Source: Anaerolineales bacterium
Lineage (GTDB): Bacteria > Chloroflexota > Anaerolineae > Anaerolineales > E44-bin32
DNA: 64,000 nucleotides
Reading direction: 5' to 3'
Assembly (NCBI GenBank): GCA_034430395.1
Contig: DAOUEQ010000012.1
Span: 6,651-70,650, forward strand
Shown: positions 38,289 through 45,199 of the stretch, one piece after another
Layout: the number at the start of each line of letters is the position of its first letter
How positions within the stretch are numbered: position 1 is the first letter of the stretch
Notes under the pieces: model-generated
What the model saw: only the letters and a program-made list of their open reading frames with translations
Told to the model about the DNA's origin: nothing
Databases searched by the model: none
Made by a program: the position numbers and the translations under genes

Positions 38289-39290
38289 ATGCGAATCAAA
38301 AACTTGACCTTCCTTTCATTCATACTCGCGCTCACCCTGACCGGATGTGCAGGACAGGGAGAGACGCACCTTCCCTCCACCCTACAGGATGTAGCGTTAA
38401 TGCTGGATTGGGTTCCGAACACAAACCACACAGGCATTTTTGTCGCCCAGGCTAATGGTTACTTCGAGGACGCGGGCTTGAAGGTCGCGATCATCGAACC
38501 CGGCGAGGTCTATGCTGAACATGCTGTCGCTGCGGGGGCAGTCGACTTCGGCGTCAGTTTCCAAGAGCAGATAACGCTCGCCCGCGCCGATGATGTGCCT
38601 ATCGTGTCAATCGCAGCGATCATCCAGCACAACTCCTCCGGCTTCGCTTCCCGTGCCGAGCTAGGTGCCCACTCCCCTCGTGATTGGGAAGGTCTGCGCT
38701 ACGGTTCATTCGGCAGCCCATTTGAAGCGCCGACGCTGGATGTACTGATGAGCTGCGACGGAGGTGAATTTACAGCGCTTGAGGTCATCGACACAGGTTT
38801 TTCAGATCCTCTGGCGCTGCTCGACGAGGCCCAGACCGATCTGGCCTGGATTTTCTACGGCTGGCAGGGCATCCAGGCCGAGGATAAAGGCATTGACTTG
38901 CAGATCGTGATGATGGAGGACTGGTTCGATTGCATCCCGGATTACTACACGCCGGTCTTCATCGCCAACGAAAAAACCATCAGGGAACGCCCAACTGTCG
39001 TGAGCGCTTTCCTCGAGGCGATTGCCCGCGGTTATCGCTATGCGATCGACAACCCTGACCAGGCTGCAGATATCCTGCTCGAGGCTGTACCGGAGTTAAA
39101 CGAGGAACTCGTTCGCAAAAGCCAAGCCTGGATTTCACCCAGGTATCAGGCTGACGCCGCTCAGTGGGGGGAGCAGGACCCCCAGGTTTGGAAGGCATAT
39201 TCAGCGTGGATGGTTGAGAACGGGATCCTAGCCGAATCCTTCCAATCCGAAAACGCCTTCACCAACGAATATCTTCCAGGGAGCCAGTAA
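38289..39290 (+). CDS. ABC transporter substrate-binding lipoprotein (NMT1/THI5-like; ThiY-like)
   Basis: Lipobox LTLTGC. LMLDWVPNTNHTGIFVAQANGYF is the NMT1/THI5 signature. ATG 38289 is preceded by GGAG. Confidence 0.8.
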   Translation: MRIKNLTFLSFILALTLTGCAGQGETHLPSTLQDVALMLDWVPNTNHTGIFVAQANGYFEDAGLKVAIIEPGEVYAEHAVAAGAVDFGVSFQEQITLARADDVPIVSIAAIIQHNSSGFASRAELGAHSPRDWEGLRYGSFGSPFEAPTLDVLMSCDGGEFTALEVIDTGFSDPLALLDEAQTDLAWIFYGWQGIQAEDKGIDLQIVMMEDWFDCIPDYYTPVFIANEKTIRERPTVVSAFLEAIARGYRYAIDNPDQAADILLEAVPELNEELVRKSQAWISPRYQADAAQWGEQDPQVWKAYSAWMVENGILAESFQSENAFTNEYLPGSQ

Positions 39291-39294
39291 TCTT

Positions 39295-40059
39295 ATGAGT
39301 AAGATAAGCGTCGAGCTCCGGGGGATTAGCAAGACCTTCCGTGCAGATGGTCGATCAGTTAGGGCTCTCGATGATGTTGCCTTGCGCATCGAGGAGGGCG
39401 AGTTTCTCACGCTGATCGGTCCCTCAGGGTGCGGGAAGAGTACACTTTTTAACCTGGTCGTGGGGTTGTTAGACCCCGACGAGGGGGATATATATCTCGA
39501 AGGGGAAATCTGCCCCAATCGGATTGGCCGGGTAAGCTACATGCCCCAGCGTGATCTTCTACTCCCCTGGCGGAACATCCTCGACAATGTGATCATCCCT
39601 CTTGAGCTTGCGGGGGTGCCGCGGGGAGAAGCGCGCGCACGCGCTCGGTCGATGCTGCCTCTCTTCGGACTGGAGAGTTTCGCCAACAGCTTCCCTGGCG
39701 AGCTCTCGGGCGGTATGCGCCAGCGAGCTGCGCTACAGCGCACGATTCTCGCCGAGAAGAGGATCTTGCTCTTAGACGAACCATTCGGAGCCCTCGATGC
39801 GCTCACCCGCCGTGAGCTTCAGGACTGGCTACTCGAGGTTTGGCGTCGTTTCGGTCAAACCGTCATTTTCATCACGCATGATGTTGAGGAAGCCATATAC
39901 CTCGGCGATCGCGTCGCCGCGATGAGCCCTCGACCAGGGCGAATTGTCAAGACGGTCGAGGTCCCTTTGCCTCGCCCGCGCCGGCAAGTTATGATCACCG
40001 AACCGGTCTTCTCCTCGCTCCTTGCCGAGCTCCTCGAAGCGCTCGGGGTAACGACCTAG
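39295..40059 (+). CDS. ABC transporter ATP-binding protein (ThiZ-like)
   Basis: Walker A is GPSGCGKST, the signature is LSGGMRQR, Walker B is ILLLDEPFGALD. Confidence 0.85.
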   Translation: MSKISVELRGISKTFRADGRSVRALDDVALRIEEGEFLTLIGPSGCGKSTLFNLVVGLLDPDEGDIYLEGEICPNRIGRVSYMPQRDLLLPWRNILDNVIIPLELAGVPRGEARARARSMLPLFGLESFANSFPGELSGGMRQRAALQRTILAEKRILLLDEPFGALDALTRRELQDWLLEVWRRFGQTVIFITHDVEEAIYLGDRVAAMSPRPGRIVKTVEVPLPRPRRQVMITEPVFSSLLAELLEALGVTT

Positions 40060-40096
40060 CCTCGACCTGGTGGCGGGCACAGTAAAAGGCTGATGG

Positions 40097-40591
40097 ATGG
40101 GCAGCGTCATAACGGTTCACAAACTCAATGAGCGGGGCGTTGAAGTCTTCCGCTATAGCGGCACACTTGTTGGTAAACAGGGAACCAGTCTTACACTCGA
40201 AGCATACTTCGAGCGTTCAGATATTCAATTCTTTGGGCTGACATTTCGGGAGGGCGATCGCTTTATCGAGATCTACTACAGCGATCGTTGGTTTAACATC
40301 TTCGAGATTCACGATGCCGGCGACGACCACCTCAAAGGCTGGTACTGCAACATCACCCGCCCGGCTCGCATTGACCAGGGGCACATCTACGCAGAGGACT
40401 TAGCGCTCGATCTGCTTGTCTACCCTGATGGGCGTGTGCAGGTGTTGGATGAAGATGAGTTTGAGGAAATCGCCCTCGGCGAGTCCGATCGCAAGAACGC
40501 TCTTTCGGCGCTCGAGGAACTAAAACAAAGGGTCAAGACACGCAAATGGCCATTCTCCAAGCTTTCGGTGGAGAACCGCCCGGCGGTGTGA
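40097..40591 (+). CDS. DUF402 domain protein (FomD-like nucleoside di/triphosphatase family)
   Basis: ...DRWFNIFEIHD......KGWYCNITRPA......I.AEDLALDLLVYPDG is characteristic of DUF402. Confidence 0.7.
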   Translation: MGSVITVHKLNERGVEVFRYSGTLVGKQGTSLTLEAYFERSDIQFFGLTFREGDRFIEIYYSDRWFNIFEIHDAGDDHLKGWYCNITRPARIDQGHIYAEDLALDLLVYPDGRVQVLDEDEFEEIALGESDRKNALSALEELKQRVKTRKWPFSKLSVENRPAV

Positions 40592-40647
40592 CATGATTCA
40601 AATCCCCCACATTTCCCGAATCCTATTATAAAGAATCGCCTTGAACG

Positions 40648-41217
40648 TCAGAGCGCTTTTTGTGCATTCGCTCGACGCCATAAAAGCCAGACGATATACG
40701 CTGTTACCACAATCAGAATCGAGGCGATGAGCACCGGCACTACAATGGCCAGGATGGAGACGACCGTCGCCGTCAAATCCTCGGCTATGCTAACCGGCAC
40801 ATTCCCGATGCCTCCCGTCGTAGCGGTGACCGCCGGGCGAACGACGGCGGATTTAGCAGCGTGCACGCCCCCGGCGATGAACAGCCCGGCGACAACGCTC
40901 AAAACTGGGCTTACATCTGTGATCACATCCGCGCTCGCAGCAAAGGCGATGGCTCCCGCCGCAGGGCGGACGAAGGTTTGAATGGCATCATTGATGTGAT
41001 TCACTGCCGGGATCTTATCGGCGAAGAACTCAACCACGCTGAGAACCACCAGGATACCGATCACCCACCAATTGCTGATTGCATCCCAGGGAGTGGTGAG
41101 TGTTATCAAATCCGTAAAGCGGGCGAGCAACGCCAGGATCAACATTGGGATGTAGGCGTTCAGACCGGCGCTGGCAGCCAGTCCGAATGCAGCGAAAACA
41201 CCACTTAATGGGTCCAT
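40648..41217 (-). CDS. DUF4126 family membrane protein
   Basis: The N-terminal FGLAASAGLNAYIPMLILALLARF and overall Gly/Ala-rich TM architecture match DUF4126. Confidence 0.6.
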   Translation of the reverse strand: MDPLSGVFAAFGLAASAGLNAYIPMLILALLARFTDLITLTTPWDAISNWWVIGILVVLSVVEFFADKIPAVNHINDAIQTFVRPAAGAIAFAASADVITDVSPVLSVVAGLFIAGGVHAAKSAVVRPAVTATTGGIGNVPVSIAEDLTATVVSILAIVVPVLIASILIVVTAYIVWLLWRRANAQKAL

Positions 41218-41228
41218 TGTCTTCTCCT

Positions 41229-42134
41229 CTATAAGTGGAACCCGCCCCAGGTTCCGGTCAAAGTATAACGCAACAAATCGATCAACCCAATCTGAAGCAA
41301 ACCAAGCATCAATCCCGCTGCGATCGGGACGATCAGATCGCGCCAGGTGTGTGCCTTCTGTGTTCTGCGCAGGAGCGGGATCGTGATCAGCGTGTACGCT
41401 AGCGCAAGAAGCAGCAGAACCCCGAGGCTGCTCAACAGAGCCAAAGGATAAAGCAGAAGCGGATTCTCGGTCAACACAGCCACGTCAACAACGCCAGCAA
41501 AAGCCAGCAGCACGATCAGTTCGCGCGGCGAGCGCAAGATCCGCTCTGCTTTCCAGTCTTTCCATGCGTATTGGCTGAAAACGGGGTAGACCAGCGTCAC
41601 GAGCGCAACCCCAACCAGGCTGCCGGTGAATAAGCGCAGGGTGTTGTGAGGTGTGTAGAGCCGCATCGCCGAGGGAAGCATTGAGAGGAAGGAATTCACC
41701 CCATCCACAACCCAGGTCAGCCCTAGCACAATGACTGCCGCCAGCACGCCCCCGGTTGGAAAGAGGCTGGCTTTCGTACGCCGAAGCGCGTAATAAGCAA
41801 AAGCGACCAACGCTCCCAGAAACATCCCCGTGCAGCGCGCGCAGAGCGGGAGCGGTCGTGCTCCCAGATGGAAGGAGCGCAGGTCGATTCGATGACAAAC
41901 CGCATAGCCGACGGCATCTGCCTTCCCTAGGAGTCCATCTGGGGTGTAGTCCAACCACAACCCAGCCACGAGCGCCGTTAGGGCGAACACAATCGCATTC
42001 GCCAGGCGGTTTCGCCGGATGCTCTTCAAAGAAGTTACGCTTTCGCTGGTCACGCGGTGATTATAATCGAGCGCGGGTGGGATTGAGGGTCCAGGGGGAC
42101 ACCACTGCGGTTGATATGCCTTCTTGACGGGCAA
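41229..42134 (-). CDS. DUF2085 family membrane protein (start uncertain)
   Basis: CHRIDLRSFHLGARPLPLCARCTGMFLG is the DUF2085 Cys motif. A TTG start at 42134 would overlap the tRNA promoter. The alternative GTG 42053 is preceded by TATAAT on the minus strand. Confidence 0.6.
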   Translation of the reverse strand: MPVKKAYQPQWCPPGPSIPPALDYNHRVTSESVTSLKSIRRNRLANAIVFALTALVAGLWLDYTPDGLLGKADAVGYAVCHRIDLRSFHLGARPLPLCARCTGMFLGALVAFAYYALRRTKASLFPTGGVLAAVIVLGLTWVVDGVNSFLSMLPSAMRLYTPHNTLRLFTGSLVGVALVTLVYPVFSQYAWKDWKAERILRSPRELIVLLAFAGVVDVAVLTENPLLLYPLALLSSLGVLLLLALAYTLITIPLLRRTQKAHTWRDLIVPIAAGLMLGLLQIGLIDLLRYTLTGTWGGFHL

Positions 42135-42153
42135 AAACAGGGACGGTTATAAT
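42124..42153 (+). promoter_or_regulatory. sigma-70-type promoter candidate for tRNA-Asn
   Basis: TTGACG (42124-29), an 18-nt spacer, then TATAAT (42148-53). The tRNA 5' end is 11 nt downstream. Confidence 0.55.
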
Positions 42154-42163
42154 CCCTGCACGT

Positions 42164-42236
42164 TCCTCGGTAGCTCAATCGGCAGAGCAACCGGCTGTTA
42201 ACCGGTAGGTTAGTGGTTCGAGTCCACTCCGAGGAG
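42164..42236 (+). tRNA. tRNA-Asn (anticodon GTT)
   Basis: Hand-folded cloverleaf. Acceptor is TCCTCGG/CCGAGGA and D stem is GCTC/GAGC. The anticodon stem is ACCGG/CCGGT with loop CTGTTAA. The T arm is AGTGG-TTCGAGT-CCACT, and the discriminator is G. CCA is not encoded. Confidence 0.95.
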
Positions 42237-42241
42237 CCTTT
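42205..42241 (+). repeat. att-type direct repeat copy 1 (3' 32 nt of tRNA-Asn plus 5 nt)
   Basis: GTAGGTTAGTGGTTCGAGTCCACTCCGAGGAGCCTTT is identical to 48271..48307. Confidence 0.85.
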
Positions 42242-42592
42242 GGTCAATCCACACGTCCGCATTCTGGCTTAAAGAAACAGTAGTCTCTATATAGAAACAC
42301 AAGGGCTTTTAGGCCCAATGGGAACAGGTTCGATTCCTGTCCAGGCCCTAATGTTGCCTCCTCGTTCCCACACAACTAAGTGTTGATTCTCCGTATGGCG
42401 CACCTCGTCATAAGGTTCTTATCCTTTATAGGCAGCGGGATTTTTACATGCAATATATCGACTCGAGAAAACCACAATTAGAAATATCTTTACCTAACCC
42501 ATGGTACATTTGTGGTTTCCAATAAATGATGCTAAAAAACAACCTCGGATCCTTTAACTCAACGTTTCGTTAATTGATTGAGGAGGGCTCGC

Positions 42593-42763
42593 ATGAAATT
42601 ATCTGCACCCAAAAAAAATACTTGGTGGATTGCGCTGATTGTCGGATTGGCCGGGATTCTTGGTAACTTCGTGACAATACCATTTATAAGTGATTACGCT
42701 TTCTGGTTTGTCGTGGTTGGTTTTGTGCTGCTTGCCCTGGCAACATATCTCAAGGATCTCTAG
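42593..42763 (+). CDS. small two-TM membrane protein
   Basis: GGAGGG lies 7 nt before ATG 42593. MKLSAPKKNTWWIALIVGLAGILGNF...FWFVVVGFVLLALATYL. It is followed by a canonical terminator. Confidence 0.5.
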   Translation: MKLSAPKKNTWWIALIVGLAGILGNFVTIPFISDYAFWFVVVGFVLLALATYLKDL

Positions 42764-42780
42764 CCTTCTGTACGCATAGA

Positions 42781-42811
42781 GGCGGAGTAAGGGTCCGGCT
42801 CCGCCTTTTTT
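42781..42811 (+). terminator. rho-independent terminator
   Basis: GGCGGAG-11 nt-CTCCGCC is followed by TTTTTT. Confidence 0.75.
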
Positions 42812-43063
42812 CCAAGAAGCTATGTTTAACAAAGTCTTACAAACTCAGAATACGCCTTTTTTTTAACTCGGAACGGGATATTTAAAGCTTCGGATATTAC
42901 TCTTGGAACCAGATTGCTACCTCGGTCACATAAGGGCTTGTAATCCCATTGTTACAAAGCACATCCCTGAGACCCAGGGATGTTTCTTTAGATACGGCTC
43001 TTATCGAAAAATTGTTGCCAATTTTTCTTTCCAAACAATATCGAATAACATACGCTCAGCACA

Positions 43064-43602
43064 TTGAATCAATCATTTGCTACGGATCATCTAATAATGA
43101 ATAGACACTCAGAACATTCCTCATATCGCGAAAAACTCATTGAGCATCTATTTATCGGTGAATTACTAAAGCTCTCTTGGCAAAAGGGAGATTGTCAACT
43201 CGAGGTATCAAAACCTGAGTTTGATAACTCCGGATACGATGTCGTCGCAGAGTCGAATGGGATCATTAGACATATCAGGTAAAGGCATCATACATCGGAG
43301 GAAAAACCAACCGCCAGAAAGTTCAAGTAAAACTTGCAGAAAAACCATCTGGTTGTGTTATCTGGGTGTACTTCAATGAGGATACCCTTGAATTAGGTCC
43401 ATTTTACTTTTTCGGTGGCAATCCCGGAGAACCGCTTCCTGATCTAGAAGGATCAAAGATTGCCCGACATACTAAAGGGGATCAGTTTGGTACCAAAGCA
43501 GAGCGCCCGAATATCAGAGAGTTAAATAAGGGTATGTTTACTCTCTATGAGTCAATTGATGATGTTTACAATGTGCTGTTCCAAATCAATTCAGAGATAT
43601 GA
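43064..43602 (+). pseudogene. frameshifted PD-(D/E)xK nuclease-like gene (DUF4365-like)
   Basis: The frame-2 ORF ends ...GYDVVAESNGIIRHIR*. The frame-1 continuation reads (Q)VKASYIGGK...SGCVIWVYFNEDTLELGPFYFFGG. One missing nt at about 43077-43078 would restore D-x(n)-(E/Q)-V-K. Confidence 0.5.
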
Positions 43603-43684
43603 TATCCATTGAAAGCGCAAATATTCATTGCAAGTTTAGAGTAGTTCGCAATATTGAGAATTAGCAGCTTAAAAGGACATCCGA

Positions 43685-44305
43685 ATGAATTCCAAAACCA
43701 ATCCAGGTGCTTATGATGTTTTAATGAATCCTAAGGTTGATGTATTTATAAGCAAAGCCAAAAAGTGGCAGGAAGAATTTGAGAAATTGAGAATGATCAT
43801 TCTTGGCTGTCAGCTGACCGAAGAATTGAAGTGGGGTAAACCTAGTTACGCGTTTCAGAAAAGTAACATAGTTTTAATACAAGGATTTAAAGAATACTGT
43901 GCGCTTATGTTTTTCAAAGGTTCCTTGTTAAAGGATGACAAAGGTATTCTAATCACACAAACGGAGAATGTGCAGGCGGCGCGCCAGATTCGGTTCACCA
44001 ATGTTCGAGAAATTGTTGAGATGGAACCCATCTTGAAGGCCTATATTTATGAAGCCATTGAAGTGGAAAAAGCCGGTTTGAAAGTGAATTATAAAAAGCC
44101 TTCAGAATTCAAAATTGCTGAAGAATTTCAAAATAAATTAGATGAAATCCCTGCCTTGAAGACTGCTTTTGATGCATTGACGCCAGGACGGCAAAGAGCA
44201 TACCTTCTTTATTTTTCTGCACCCAAACAATCCAAAACTCGGGAGTCAAGGGTTGAAAAATGCATGCAGCAAATTCTCAATGGAAAGGGATTAAATGATC
44301 GGTAG
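43685..44305 (+). CDS. DUF1801 (YdhG-like) plus YdeI/OmdA C-terminal domain protein
   Basis: ...KWGKPSYAF.KSNIVLIQGFKEYCALMFFKG is DUF1801-like. ...LTPGRQRAYLLYFSAPKQSKTRESRVEK is the YdeI-type tail. Confidence 0.65.
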   Translation: MNSKTNPGAYDVLMNPKVDVFISKAKKWQEEFEKLRMIILGCQLTEELKWGKPSYAFQKSNIVLIQGFKEYCALMFFKGSLLKDDKGILITQTENVQAARQIRFTNVREIVEMEPILKAYIYEAIEVEKAGLKVNYKKPSEFKIAEEFQNKLDEIPALKTAFDALTPGRQRAYLLYFSAPKQSKTRESRVEKCMQQILNGKGLNDR

Positions 44306-44352
44306 CTTCGATGAGAAAATAAATTGATCAAACTTTAAGATAAACCCTCACT

Positions 44353-44535
44353 TTGCGTTCTTTCGAATCTATTGATAATAAGTACGTGCAACCAATGAAT
44401 TTCTGGTTTGATCAGCTGAAGCAAGTCGCTGACAAAAAGCAAATGGAGCAGGTTGCATTTCCAAATGAGAACGTCGGGATGGGCCATGGGCATGCCAACG
44501 CGGTTGTGTCTTATACAAGAGGAGTATGTGGCTAA
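44353..44535 (+). CDS. possible DUF4287-like fragment
   Basis: The only recognisable piece is GMGHGHANAVV. It starts at TTG and overlaps the next gene by 10 nt. It may be a remnant. Confidence 0.3.
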   Translation: MRSFESIDNKYVQPMNFWFDQLKQVADKKQMEQVAFPNENVGMGHGHANAVVSYTRGVCG

Positions 44536-44891
44536 TGGCTGCTAAGAAATTTGAAACCGTGGATCAGTATCTTGCCAGCCTTGATGAGACTAAGCGCAAG
44601 ACGATGAGCGAAATCCTGAACCTAATTACTTCAGAATTCCCAGAGTTGGAAGTCAAGATTGCCTGGAATACCCCAATGCTTCACACCCAGGGCAAATATA
44701 TTGTGGGCCTGGCCGCCTATAAGAATCATCTGTCTTTCGCGCCTTGGAGTGCAGTTGTTATTGAGAGCTTTGCCACGCGTCTTTCTGATTACGTAACCAA
44801 AAAAAACCTATTCCAGATTCCGGTTGATTGGCAAATAGACGTTTCGCTTGTGTGTGACTTAGTTTCCGCGAGATTGGCAGAAGTCCAGTAG
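44526..44891 (+). CDS. DUF1801 (YdhG-like) domain protein
   Basis: FETVDQYLASLDETKRKTMSEILNLI...EVKIAWNTPML...GKYIVGLAAYKNHLSFAPWS is the typical YdhG-like pattern. Confidence 0.65.
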   Translation: MWLMAAKKFETVDQYLASLDETKRKTMSEILNLITSEFPELEVKIAWNTPMLHTQGKYIVGLAAYKNHLSFAPWSAVVIESFATRLSDYVTKKNLFQIPVDWQIDVSLVCDLVSARLAEVQ

Positions 44892-45199
44892 GAAGATTGC
44901 CAGCACCTAACGTCTCGCTGGAGGCAGTTAGGTTATATCAAGATTTTGTATACGAATAGGACTATCACCTCTGTCCGGTGGATTAACAGCCTACATTCGT
45001 CTCAGACACCAGGGCTTTTAAGCCCCATGTGAATAGCAGATCCCGCATATCGCGGGATTTGTGTTTTGATAAGGGCTCTTATCGAAAAAAATTTTAATAT
45101 TCTTCTTTTCCCTCTTTTTAGAATATCGTCTGAGGTAGTTTTCTTGATATTCAATTGTTATGCGGAATGATAGATCATGAAAAAAGTATCTGTTTCGGT

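Noticed and set aside
42050-42262. 70-aa minus-strand ORF spanning the tRNA-Asn gene.
   Set aside because: It is antisense to a perfectly folding tRNA and its promoter. It is a spurious ORF.
42297-42350. tRNA-like segment (GGGCTTTTAGGCCC hairpin plus the canonical T-arm ACAGG-TTCGATT-CCTGT) that might be a second tRNA, possibly with a TTA/TTT anticodon.
   Set aside because: There is no matching 5' acceptor strand (GGGCCTGG) or D-arm upstream. The putative anticodon hairpin has a 4-6 nt loop rather than 7. I treat it as a tRNA 3' relic or island arm, not a gene.
44908-44940. Integron attC-like core sites: ACCTAAC ... GTTAGGT (RYYYAAC / GTTRRRY) after the DUF1801 gene.
   Set aside because: The inverted cores are only 15 nt apart, so the whole site is about 29 nt, whereas the attC sites I know of are several-fold longer. 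There is no intI integrase, attI or cassette array periodicity. It is more simply a small terminator-like hairpin.
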